Assembly (NCBI RefSeq): GCF_963921235.1
Contig: NC_086108.1
Coordinates: 83,268,001-83,332,000, forward strand
Direction of reading: 5' to 3'
Source: Mobula hypostoma
Lineage: Eukaryota
Length of the DNA stretch: 64,000 nucleotides
Positions 51,797-64,000 of this stretch are shown here, one piece after another. Under the pieces are notes generated by a model that worked only from the letters and a program-made list of their open reading frames with translations, made no database searches and was not told the origin of the DNA. Both the position numbers and the translations under genes were made by a program. Every line of letters begins with the position of its first letter. Position 1 is the stretch's first letter.

Positions 51797-52747
51797 TACT
51801 GCACAGGGCTGATCAGAAATGTAGAATTGATCTTTTACACAGAGGATTCTAAATTTCTACAGTACTGTGGGAGAGAGCCATACCGAGAAGGCCACAAACC
51901 ACGTAAAAGCCTAAGATTTTTTTTGCGAGATCACCATTCCAAGAAGCTTGTTAGTATGCTCATGGACTTGGCAACTTTGAAAGCACTTTTATTTACATGT
52001 GGTGGGCATCTCTGGTAGTTGGCATTTGCAGGGTACCTTTAAACAGAATTTCAGTGGACACTTAAGAATTTATGTCTCAAAAAGCCTCACTGGGTGAGCC
52101 TGGCAAACTTTCTTCCTTTGAGTACCTTAATAAATCTTTTAGATTTATAATAAAAAAAATTTAAAAATTTAGATTCATACAATTAACAAAATGTAAATCC
52201 CTCAGCTCCCATGGTGGCTTTTGAATTCAAATTTCTGAATCACAAGTTATGGCGTCTGCAGTAATTTAATCATTATACTACCATATCTAAGTTTGATATG
52301 TATCCCAGATAAAATATAGTAGGCACATTGTAGAGAAGAAAGAAAAAAGTGTTATCTTTCAAAAAGTAAACTCTGAAATAATTTAATCCAACTTTCCAAT
52401 TATATCTGTTTTAAATGTTTATCCTTATTCTCTTCATACAACTCATCAAGCAAGCAGAATCTGTATCCTTGAACTCAATTAACTCTCTATTAGCCACTTC
52501 GTGCTGTTTCCATTTTTTTTCTTGCTCTGAATTTCCTCAGAAATTAATTCAGTATGATGACCCTTTTGAATCAGGCCTAACGTTACAATAAAACTCCAGG
52601 ATAAGACCAACAAACGATAATGTAAGGTTATAAATCTTCCATTGACTCATAAATAATGTATTTAAAATAATTAACAACTGCTCAGTACAGTCCAATTCCA
52701 ACATATGACGTACTTCAAAAGCAACCACATTAAACAATTCAACTTAC

Positions 52748-52845
52748 CTTAACAGCACATTCTCTTCCAGTGTGCAGATTAACACAGCCTTGGACTTTTG
52801 CATAAGTTCCTTCTCCTAATAGTTCATCAGTCAGCCTGTACAAGT
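52748..52845 (-). CDS. MKNK1: MKNK1 exon, kinase subdomains I-II ([33 protein letters not shown])
   Basis: aag|AC TTG ... GTT AAG|gtaagt; 98 nt; Gly-rich loop and AVK lysine. Confidence 0.97.
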
Positions 52846-55366
52846 CTTTCAATACATTTGAAAGATTAAGCAAACAATTATTTTCAGAGCAGTTATAATA
52901 TTTTCAATTCATTAACAAGGAAATCATGCTGAAACAATGCAAATAATATCAGAATGTAAAGCATTTACATATATTTACTGGGGTTGGAGCAGATGGATGG
53001 GTGGGAGGGAAGGAGGAAAAGGCTTGTTTTGCTGCTTGTCATGTTTTGTTTCGTTGTGTTCTGTGTTGCTCTGCTGAATATTGTGGACATGCAATGTTGG
53101 CGTCCGAATGTGTGATGACACTTCCGGCTGCCTTCAGCACATCCTTGGGTTGTGCTGGTTGTTAACATAAACGATGTATTTCTCAGAATGCTTGATGGAC
53201 AAAAATAATTAATCTGAATATACACAAGCAATTGGAAATTAAGGCATAGCTTGGATCAAACACTGATATAATGCATTCACTACAAGTCTGGATTTCTCAA
53301 AAAAAATTACATTTACTAATCCTTGGCTTTTTCGTGCATGCAATTATACTAACAGCTTTAGTAGCGCAATGAAAGATTGATGGAAGACTGCTCTTTCTAA
53401 CCAAACATGTTAGAAACTAATGGCAAAATTACCTTATTCATTAACTTTGTTAAAGCTATAATCTTTCAGAGACACTCACAAGACATCTGAAATCTAAAAC
53501 AGTCTGAAATGCTAAGGTGGTTATTTGTGGTTTTATATTGCCACAGTCTGGCAGCTGTGAAGAGAAGTGAGTGAGAAGAGTGTAATTAAACAAAAATCTC
53601 ATAACAATTGTATGGAATTCAAGTAATTTTATTCCGACTTTGTTTCAAATTTTCTTGAATTACCAGTATTTAATAAAATTATAGTAAAATTTTGGGAAAG
53701 TGTCAGAGACAACAGAAAACCAGATCCAATATTCCTTAAATGCCTTATGACCCAGAATTGTTTACTTAAAATTAAATGGAGGTGGAAACCTCTGAAAATA
53801 AAGTGGATGAAATTTGAAAACTTTTTGGAGTATGTAACTGATCTGGATTGGAACCATGGAATAATATCTACAAACGTTTGTACAAGAAAATCAATGACAT
53901 AGGGCAGCAGGTAGTTGCTTACAAGATGAAACAACATTCAAAATTAGAAATCAGGAAGAATCTATATCAAGGATATTCAAATGTCTCTATTATAATGTTA
54001 CTTTCACGATGTTGACATCAGCAAATGATTATGTACTTAGGTAAAAGTAAATGACTTCTGGAAAATTTAAAAGGTAACATATTTCATGGACAAAAGGGTT
54101 TCATCCAATGTTTTCCTTCTAGGGCTCAATCATTGTAAAAAAAAAAATTAACTGAGTAACAAGGTGATTACAACAACGGATTATCAATGTTTAGCCAATT
54201 TACCAAATTTTCTCTAAGTTAGATATCTGATGAATGAGATTGAGATAATGAGAGTAATCTATTTAGATTTCAAGATCCCTATACTATTTCATATCCTGTC
54301 AAAAATGCTCTTGGTTCTCAGTAGAGACCAGAAGTGGTAAGGAAGTAAAATATATCAAGTTGAAATTGAATGGCCAGTGTATTATCACAAAGGTAAAATA
54401 AAGGTATTTATTTATTATCTTTAAAAATTATTTACAACACAGAATATCCAATGCATCAAGGACATCACTAAGCTATGTGCAGTGGTAAGAATTGCTTCAA
54501 AAAGAAACCGACTTATCAAGTCAGCTGTTGGACAGTAAACATTGGAATTTGACAACAGATCCTATTTTCTTCTAGCTGACAGCATATCCAAGTTAAAACA
54601 GCAATTTTCATTACAGTAACATGACATTAGAACACTCTTCAAACATCCAGACGTTTCCAGATGGCAGACTTCAACATAATATGGAGCATTGCTGAGGGAT
54701 GTGCAGTGAACCAGTATAAAACCAGTCAACTGCCCAAGTATCGTAAAAAAAAAAAAAATTGGTCTAAAAATTAGATGAGTGCATTAATCAACCATTACAT
54801 AGTACAACATAACCATAACAAACCTGCTATTTACAGATTCAATAGCATCCGAAGTCAAAGACTTGGATCCACTGAATAGATCTTGGACATTTTCAGTCTT
54901 GCACAATGGGTACACAGTAAGTGGGTCTGGGTCTAGGGGACGTGAGGCATAAGGTCATTAAGTCAGGACCTCATGAGAAAACAGAGGAGGGGCATGGATT
55001 GGGGCATGGCTGTGGGGTGGTGGGCAGTCTGTAGAATAAAGTGTTGTGAATACTTCTTGTAGTAGATAAATAAATGAGCTCCTGCTTCCTGGGGCGGGTT
55101 AGACTGGGAACTATTCCTGGAGATTTTAAATTTATACCATGATTAAACTTGCTGTTAGGAGAATGCAGAATGAATGGCACACAATGTAATGCGAGCCAGT
55201 TTCTCCAGCAGCATCTAAAAGAATGATGCACAGTTGTCAATAGCTGCATAGAAGATGTCTCATCCTCAAATTTCCAAATTTTCAACCAAATTTTTGCATG
55301 TTCAAATGTCCAGGCATGTGATACATTCTGCTGAAAAAAATTTTATAAGCCATTAAAGTCACTAAC

Positions 55367-55468
55367 CTTCAAACTTCCCAGTAAAGCTGTCCAATGCTCT
55401 GGCTTTTTTCTTCTTCTTGTTGCGCTTGCCACTATCAACAATATTGACTGGTTGGCTTGACATCATTT
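55367..55468 (-). CDS. MKNK1: MKNK1 exon with polybasic eIF4G-binding/NLS region (EMMSSQPVNIVDSGKRNKKKKKARALDSFTGKFE)
   Basis: tag|AA ATG ... GAA G|gttagt; 102 nt, phase 1/1; matches MNK1 ...RRRKKKRRGRATDSLPGKFE. Confidence 0.95.
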
Positions 55469-56613
55469 CTATTACAATCCAAAACACAGAAAAGTATTTG
55501 TAAACAGACAATAAACATGATGCATATGTTTAAAAGAGACAAGGTTTAATGGAGGGACAGGCAAAATATCGGGGGATCAAATGCAGGGTGGAGCATCGTC
55601 GAAGGATGGACCAACTAGAGGATGAGGCAAAGATGCAAATCAGATGGTGGGGAAAAAAAACATTGGGAACACAGTTCAGAACTAGAGTTCATAGCACTTA
55701 CAAGACCTTGGCAGTGAGGTGGCAGGTTGGAGGCACAGAAACAAATAATAACCCAAACCGTAGAAAAATTCCATGACATATTTCACTGCAGTATTGAGAA
55801 ACAGCTTCATTAAAACAATCTTTTATTAAACTTGGGTGTTTATTTTCACCTCAAATATGTGGAAAAACCTTCGTTCAGGAGAGAAGGATGAGGGAACAGA
55901 TGATAGGGGAGCTTAGACAGGTGTGTTCCAAAGGTATTTACTTTCGTTTTGCTGTAACCACTATTTTCCAAAGACTGTGAAAAATGGCTGCCCACAAAAT
56001 TTTCAACAAAATATTAGCTCCCTTATGGGATGGCACAGAGACATTGGTGGAAGAGCTGCTGTCTGACAGCACCCACAACCCAAGGTCAATCCTGACTTCC
56101 AGTGCTGTTTATATGGAGTTCTCCCTGTGATTGCCTGAGTTTTCCCTGCTGCTCCGGTTTCTTCCCATATCCCAAAGATCTGCCGATACGTTGATTAACA
56201 GATCACTCTAAAAACTGCCCCTAGCATGGAGGATGATGTAGAGAAGAATTGGTCAGGTACAGACATGATAGGCCAAGCATCTTGTATCCATGCTGTACAA
56301 TGTAACAATAACTTATTAACAGACATAAAACATCAACCTCCTGCTACCTACCCATTTATCTGCAAGAAACATAATTGCAGGCTGTTTTCTCATAATGCTG
56401 TCGGATTTAATCCTACACACCTGTTTCTATGTGCATCTTGCATCAGAATATTAAAGTTTACTCTGTCCTTTCCATGGATGCTACGTGACCCAACAAATGC
56501 CTCCAGAAGGTTTTGGTTGTACTTCTAATTTCCAGCACGTGCCACACTTTTCTTCAGTTCAATTGTAAAAATTGCTATCAAATGGGAAAATAAGTAACTT
56601 ATGTTTTTGATAC

Positions 56614-56641
56614 CTGATTTTCTCTGACAATTCTGGATCAT
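56614..56641 (-). CDS. MKNK1: MKNK1 first coding exon, coding part (MIQNCQRKS-E); whole exon probably 56614-56725
   Basis: Acceptor tttgtttcag before 56725 and donor CAG|gtatca after 56614. ATG at 56641 has an in-frame TAA upstream. The 28 coding nt give phase 1, joining the next exon as ...KSE-MMSSQP, comparable to the human MNK1 N-terminus ...KPIE-MGSSEP. Confidence 0.72.
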
Positions 56642-56697
56642 TACATCAGGACAGCTGGTTGTGTGATGATTAGAGCATCTGCTATTCTTAAAATCAT
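56641..56697 (-). promoter_or_regulatory. Upstream ORF (MILRIADALIITQPAVLM*) whose stop overlaps the MKNK1 ATG (TAATG)
   Basis: ATG at 56697, 18 sense codons, TAA at 56643-56641; base 56641 is also the A of the main ATG. Confidence 0.6.
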
Positions 56698-59019
56698 TTA
56701 CAGTGATCGGGATAGATTACGAACTCTGAAACAAAGTATCCATCAATTACTTAAACATAAAATACTACATCATACTGCTAAGTGCTATAACAACGCAAGG
56801 AAGTAAAAATTGAAAATATATCACTGCTGACGATGCTCATCATTTATTTCAGTATCTGATCCTGTTTCTTAGGTACTTCTTCCTACCCAGTCCTTTTATA
56901 CCTGGATTTCTGTCACCATCAACCTTAATTATACTCTTATGAGGCTCAGGCTGACCATCCTGAGCCTCATAAGAATCAAAATTTCAACAATTTACAGTCA
57001 TGTGTGAAAACAAACACCTCATCTTTAAACAGCCAATGCTTTAACTTGAGATTACTTCCAGAATGTACAGCATGAGAAAACAATCTAACCTGCCAATTCG
57101 TCTCAGCATTCGGAATGTCTTATTCCAGTCACCTCTCATCTTGAGATTCCAGTGAAAAACCTATTTTACTAATTTTCTCTTGATCAGGCAAACCCTCTTT
57201 CCAGGAATCATCTCACGAAAGAAAAAGATAATGGAAACATACAGTAGGTCAAACAACTCCTATAGAGGGGGTTAACATTTTAGATCGACGACTTTTTCAT
57301 TAGAAACATAGATAGATAGATAGAAATTTAATATGAATTAAATGGTAAAGAGGCGGCAAAGTCCATGATAGGTATACATTGAAATACATTAATGTTGCCA
57401 CTGGTGTTGGCTAAAGGTGGTAAAAGATGATTTGTTTCAAAAACAATTGTTGGACTGAGAGACTGTTGCTGAAAAACCCAAAATAATAGAAAGCGCTAGA
57501 AACAACAGGTAGCATCTAAGAAGAAAAAACATTGCAAGAATAATGACCTTTCATTAAAATGCCTTGTATATAAACTGGAAAAAGATTATCTGAAATTGTT
57601 GAATTCAACATGATTGTAACATGTCCAGTAAGGTGGTGGTGCTTTTTGAAGGCTTACTTGGAACAGAGAGACCAAAGATAGAGGTCAACGATGGTGAAGG
57701 AAAGTGGTGTAGGAAAGGAACAAATTTGGTCTCTATTCAAGGATGACTTTAAATATCCTTAGACCCTGCTTCTGTGAAACATACAGAAAAGTGAAATAGA
57801 CATCTGTTTGAGTATTAGCAGTAATACCCAATAGTCAGGTAATCTACTACTCCAGCACTACTACACTACCATAGTGTGTTGAATTATTTTTTCTGTGGTT
57901 GCTTTTTTATCCTCTTTTTTAAGCAAATTAAAGAATGTTGTTACTGAGGATTTGGGTGCTGGCTGGCAACAACAGGCAGCAAAATCTCTTGCTCTCTCAT
58001 TTTGTACGCTTGGGTCTAGTGTTCCAACGTTCCCATGCATTATACTACACCGTCCCTTCCACCAAAAAGTGACATCAATAATGTTGTAGGAATAAACACG
58101 CTCATTAACAGGCAACTTGACACAATGGTCCAGAATGGAGTTCAGCAAGTGGAAAGCCTCCTGTTCACTGAAAACACTCACTGGGCTTAATACAAATTAA
58201 GCTATTAAAAATGTGGCAGCCATATCTTCACATGCAATTCCAATGAATTTAAGTACTATAGATTTGAACAGGAATGAAAACTTGAACTTCCCTTCATACA
58301 ATATGAATATTGGTGTCAATTGGTAAATTTAAAAGCAAACTATTTTAAGTTTAATGCTGCAGTACATTGCTATACTTATTTCTTTTCTTCTTCCCCTTGC
58401 ACAAATGCTTCAGCATGTGCTGCAATCAGGATTTAAAGGCAGTGTAACCTTAGGTGGGAATTTACACAGAGAAGATTATTTGATGACACAACCATCATAA
58501 CCAAGTTAAATAGACCTTTCCCAAAATTCATAAAGCTTTATTATCGCATGGGTCAAGGAAACAATTTAATAGGGTTTAAGATCAACATAGCCAAAGCCTA
58601 ATTTAGGAACAATAGAATTTAATAACTCCTATTATATCAGTTTCAAACTGTTTTTAAAAAAGATACATGGATTCATTAAATTATTCAACAATAGGATGTA
58701 AAATTTCAACCGGTCTTCCCAAATACTTAACCCTTTACTACTTTTCTTGCTAATCACATTATGGAAATGAAGCAAGTGGCAGACTAGCCGCAAGGAGGAA
58801 AAGCTTTTTATGTTGTTTTACGAATAAATGCTGTTACATTATTATTAATTTACACATCTCCTTCAGTTTTGATATTTTCTAATAACTAAGTCAAGACAAC
58901 ATGAAACATTCAAAAATTGCAGATGCAGGGAGTCTGAAATAAAAACAGAAATTGATGGAAGTGTTCAGCAAGTCAGGTGGAATCTGTGAAAATAGCAACT
59001 TCTTTCAAACTTTTTTTAA

Positions 59020-59272
59020 AAAACAGATACAGAATGGAATAGGCCCTTCCAGCCGCACCGCCCAGCAACCCCCAACAACCCTGATTTAACCTTAGCCTAA
59101 TTACCAATTTACCTACCCGATACATCTTTGGCCTGTGGGATGAAACTGGAGGGCCCAGAGAAAACCCACACATTCCACAGGAGGACGTACGGAGGACACC
59201 AGAATTGAACTCCAAGTTCCAATGCCCCGAGCAGTAATAACACCCCGATAACTGCTATGCTGCTGTGCACCC
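59020..59272 (-). mobile_element. HE1/V-type SINE inserted in a decayed palindromic element (~58900-59385)
   Basis: Minus strand has B box ggagttcaattc and V-domain-like tgtgggttttctctgggccctccagtttcatcccaca. Confidence 0.75.
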
Positions 59273-59400
59273 AGGTTTAACACATCAGGTTCAGGACCCT
59301 TCCTCATGATCACACATTTACCATTTCTTTCCACAGATATTGCCTGACTTGCTGAGTATTTCCAGCATTTTCCGTTTTTAATTCACTTTGTGATCTAATC

Positions 59401-61773
59401 CAGTGGTTCTCAATGTGAGCCATATGCCCCACCCCCTTGGGGGGGGGGCATGCAAGATTTGAGGGGCCGCAAGTGAAAAAGCATAACTGGGGACCACAGG
59501 AGTTTCTGAATGGACCAATAATGCAGCAAAACAGCTTAGCTCTTTCCACAGCTCTCGGCAAAAACAAAGTTGTTTTTAAATTGGATTTCCCACCTCTTAC
59601 GTAGTTGAATGTGGTTTTAGTTAAGCTCTTTCGCCTGCTAACAAAAGCTCTTAACCATCTTGGCATTGTGAAAAAAGGTGATCTTTGATTACCTTTAACC
59701 CAGTTGAAACCAAACATTCAAAAACTCACTAACTAGCTTGCATCAGTCGCAAGGATCTAACAAAATTGTGTGCAGCTTTGGTCACATACCTACAGGAAAG
59801 ATATCCGTAAAACCGCAAGATATAGCGGCAGAATTAGGCCAATCAGCCTATCGAGTCTGCTCTGCCATTCTATCATGGCTGATCCTAGACCCCACTCAAC
59901 CCCATATACCTGCTTTCCCACTATATCCTTTGATGCCCTGACCAATCAGGAAACTATCAACTTCCACCTTAAACATACCCACAGACTTGGCCTCCACCAC
60001 AGTCTGTGGCAGATCATTCCACAGATTTGCTACTCTCGGACTAAAAAAAAATTCCTCCTTACCTCTTCTAAACGGTCACCCCTCAGTTCTGAGGCTGTGC
60101 CCTCTAGTTTTAGATACACCCCTCATTAGGAAACATCCTCTCCTCTCCACATCCATCCTATCTGGTCCTTTCAATATTCAGTAGGTTTCAATGAGATCCC
60201 CACACATTTCTTTTAAATTCCACTCATATGTTCATACCTTCATTCTCAGAATCATCCTTGTGAACCTCCTCCACACACTCTCTAATGGCAACACCTTCTT
60301 TCTGAGATATGGGGCCCACAACTGTTGGCAGTACTCCAAATGCAGCCTGACTTGTGTCTTATAGAGCCTCATCATTATCTCCTTGCTTTTATATTCTATT
60401 CCTCTTGAAATAAATGCCAACATTACATTTGCTTTCTTTACCACCGACTCAACCTGTAAATTAACCTCCTGGGGGTCTTGCAAAAGGACTCCCAAGTCCC
60501 TCTGCACTTCTGATGTTTGAACCGTCTCCCCATTTAGATAATAGTCCGCACTATTGTTCCTTTTACCAAAATGCATTATCGTACATTTCTCACTGTATTC
60601 CATTTGGCACTTTTTTGCCCATTCTTCCAATTTGTCCAAGTGCTGCTACAATCGTATTGTTTCCTCAGCACTACCTATCCCGCCACGTATCTTCGTATCA
60701 TCCGCAAATTTTGCCACAAAGACGTCAATTCCATTATCCCAATCGTTGTCAAACAATGTGAAAAGTAGCAGTCCCAATACTGCCCGAGGAATACCACTAG
60801 TCACCGGCAGCCAACCAAAAAAGGCTCCCTTTATTCCCACTCGCTGCCTCCTGCCTGTCAGCCATTCCTCTACCCATGCCAGGATTTTTTCTGTAACACT
60901 ATAGGATTTTATCTTATTAAGCAACCTCATATGTGGCACCATATCAAATGCCTTCTGAAAATCCAAGTAAATGACTTCCACTGCCTCTCCTTTGTCCACC
61001 CTGCTTGTTACTTTCTCAAACAACTCTAACAGTATTGTCAGGCAAGATTTCCCTTCACAGAAACCATGCTGAGTTTGACATTTTATCATTAGTCTCCAAG
61101 TACCCGGAAACCTCATCCTTCATAATAGACCAACACTTTCCCAACCACTGAAGTTAGGCTAACTGGCCTATAATTTACTTTCCTTGCCTTCCTCCCTTCT
61201 TAAAAGAGTGAAGTGACATTTGCAATCTTCCAGTCCTCCAGGACTATGCCAGAATCAAATGATTCTTGAAAGATCATGACCAATGCATCAGTTATCTCTT
61301 CAGCAACCTCTCTCAGGACTCTGGGACGTAGTCCATCTGGTCCAGGTGATTTATCCACCTTAAGACCTTTGAGTTTGCTTAGCACTTTTTCCTTCGTAAT
61401 TGCAATGGCACTCTCTCCTGCTCCCCAACACTCATGGACCTCTGGAACACTGCTAGTGTCTTCCACAGTGAAGATTGCTGTAAAGCCATAGTAATAATAT
61501 TGTGCTTTTTTGTTGCTAGTTGGAAGAATATTATATATATTAATAAAGTAACCTATTCAGAGTTTTGAAATAGTTTAATTTTTCATACCCACCTGTAACA
61601 TTATATTTAACATCTTCCTATAATCTGTTAAAACATAAATATGGACTATATTAGAATAATCAGTACAGTTAACCAAAAACTTTAGCAATTAACAGAGACT
61701 ATGGGAGTGGGAGCCACAGAGGTAAATGAAAGTCACAAGTAGACCACAAGTAGGAAAAGGTTGAGAACCATTG
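59401..61773. mobile_element. hAT (Charlie-like) non-autonomous element split by a CR1
   Basis: TIRs cagtggttctcaa / ttgagaaccattg; 8-bp TSD atctaatc / acctaacc (6/8 match). Confidence 0.7.
59805..61478 (-). mobile_element. 5'-truncated CR1 LINE
   Basis: ORFs 61200..61466 (KSPGPDGLRPRVL), 60646..61116 (YLDFQKAFD, KFADDTK) and 60232..60639. Confidence 0.9.
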
Positions 61774-61932
61774 ACCTAACCTGAAGTACAGCAATGAATA
61801 TCTATTTTTGGGACAAATAAGACAATATCATCTGATACCAATCCACATGTATAATTCCTGTTTACTAACCAGTTGTATTTTACAGAATATACAGAGTTTA
61901 GTTTACAGAATTGACAAAGTCATGTAATCAAA

Positions 61933-62075
61933 CGACAAACAAGAGAAAATCTGCAGATGCTAGAAATCCAAGCAACATAGACAAAATGCTGGAGGAACTC
62001 TGCAGGCCAGGCGGCCTCTGTGGAAAAAAGTACAGTCGACGTTTCGGGCTGAAACCCTTCAGCAGGACTCAGGAT
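61933..62075 (-). mobile_element. Single arm of a Penelope-derived element with a variant hammerhead core (62034-62069)
   Basis: Same arm family as 22385-22530; minus strand AGUC-CUGCUGA-A-GGGU(UUCA)GCCC-GAAAC-GUC-GACU. Confidence 0.7.
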
Positions 62076-64000
62076 ACATGGCTGTAAGTAGCAGGTCTGG
62101 GTAAGCACGTGGTCGAAAAGTTGAACAGGATCACAACAGGGATCACAGTGGGACAGCAGTGAGAGTTTCACTGAACTCCCACCATGTAAATCCATTACAG
62201 AACAGATATTACAGGAAACACTGAATGAATTCAGCTGATTATTATTTTTAATCACTAATTCCATTAATGAAATCTTTCAGGTTTACCTGAATTTACACTA
62301 ATTTTCTTTTCAAAAATGAACTTCTTTCAAAGCAGAAATAACATTAAGAGAACCGAAAGGTAACAATAAATTTAATGCCTTTTTTGAAAAAGATTTAATT
62401 AAAAAGATAGATTTAATCACAATAAGATTGTATCTGCGTGTTTTTTTTTCTCCATTCATCAGACATTTAGATTTCATGTACTTTTCTAGTAGAATTTGCC
62501 TTTGTAATCTATATAGTAACTTCATTAGCTAAAAAAAAGTTGGTTCCCAAAAATTATGAACCTTCGTAAAAAATAAAAATTTTCAAAACAAGCTTACATA
62601 AAACATTCAATCTTATTGATATTGATTTTGAACTACAGTATGTGCCACCATGACAACTAATGGCTTCAAGTGTCTGTCATAATTGCCTGAACCATAAAAA
62701 GCAATAGAACCATAGATTATCTACATTAACCAATTATTCTTTTAATTACAGCATTTGTGGCAGACTCTCTTAGTACTATCACAGCAATTATGCACCATCT
62801 TGTTTATTTTAAGCTGCAGATCAATCACTTCATGTAGATAGTAAAATACTAACCTGATAAAAAAATAATACCCATAATAGTTCTGTTGTATATTTCTTCA
62901 AACCTTGGCACTATCACATTATTGTCCAACTTTCAAATAGGCGGGTACTCTCTCTGATTGGCAAGACCGATTTTTCATTGTTATCCAATAGGTGAATATT
63001 CATATTTGATTAGGAATTCAGCATTGCACATGCATTAGTCAATTATTTCTCCATGTCTCTCACTAGTTTTTCCTTTCATATTGCACAATCACAAACTGAG
63101 AATACTTAATACATCCTGCACTAAGGGCAACTATCTTATTTCTAGCTTTTTCTGCAATATCTGAATGATGCAATTTCCTCTACAAATATACGCAAATAAG
63201 ATAATCATAAGCTTTAGAACTTCATGATTCTTGATCAGATTGAAGAAGAGGCTAGATTAAGATCAAGGTCTCAGACACAGCTCAAACTCATGGCAGACCA
63301 GGCAACAGTGATCTCTACCCTTCTATATGCTACTCAGAGCTGAACTACTTAGAGCAAACATCTCTCAAGGCAGTGTAATAAATATCACTGCTGTCTGAAA
63401 AGAAATCTTCCAAATTCTCTTGAAGGTTAATGGAACCAACATCAGCATTCTCTCATGGACTAACATCTCTAACCTATTTACTCTTGGTTGGCTACATTAG
63501 ACAGGCCCCAATGTTCACAAGACGGACTCCAGACTCCCAAAATGGACACTACTTCCAAGCTCTATCATGGGAAGAGATAACCAAGCAAATAGAGAAAGTT
63601 ACAAAACAATGATCAAAGTTTCCTTGAAGTACAACTGTCCTTGGGAACTTCTGATTTGCCTTTATTTAAAGTGGAGAAGGAGCTTTCAAGTTGATATTGA
63701 CAACCTCAAAATTATATGTTGGGAACACAAAGAAAGTCCTGCCCAAGTGGTGGAAGGAGTGCACATCTCCACAAACTACTCACCCATCCAGTCAGGTACA
63801 TACTGCACCATTTCTATAGTGAAAATGACTCAAATACATTTATAATTAATTTTACTGAAAACTGCAAACAATTCAAAAAAAAAAATACCCTCATACAATA
63901 TTGTCCTTCAGAAACAGTCATTTACAGAAATGTTTCCTCAGCTCCTCTAAACAGGAGCATAAGGATTAAAAAGCATTAATTGAACACATTTATGTGATGT

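Noticed and set aside
57861..58181. 106-aa minus-strand ORF upstream of the first MKNK1 coding exon
   Set aside because: No recognisable domain, non-ATG start and no convincing splice-site pair.
62939..62990. GC-box and CCAAT-like motifs as a possible MKNK1 promoter
   Set aside because: Short motifs in AT-rich DNA with no CpG island or identifiable first exon; not distinguishable from chance.

Overview
Eukaryotic, AT-rich, repeat-dense vertebrate genomic DNA. The repeat set (CR1 LINEs with esterase ORF1, HE1/V-type SINEs, Tc1, Penelope-derived palindromes) suggests a cartilaginous fish, probably a ray; this is an inference. The only host gene is MKNK1 (MNK1 kinase) on the minus strand. I rebuilt 11 coding exons by hand (56641 down to 13925; 1043 nt, continuous frame). 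I did not find the last coding exon or the first non-coding exon, which probably lie outside the window. The introns are filled with nested mobile elements: L1, many CR1 copies (one near full length), Rex1/Babar fragments, a head-to-tail pair of HERO-like RLE retrotransposons, Tc1, Tigger, hAT MITEs, a solo LTR, SINEs and Penelope-derived elements. Most ORFs in the supplied track are fragments of these elements or spurious. Highlights: (1) small palindromic, TSD-flanked elements carrying minimal hammerhead-ribozyme cores, several sense to the MKNK1 pre-mRNA; (2) an 18-aa uORF whose stop overlaps the MKNK1 start (TAATG); (3) a GC donor on the 44-nt exon matching the one skipped in mammalian MNK1b; (4) a HERO tandem with a template-jump signature; (5) an 18-bp micro-inversion over an L1 YADD motif. 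All coordinates were read by eye, and repeat boundaries are approximate unless TSDs or TIRs are cited.
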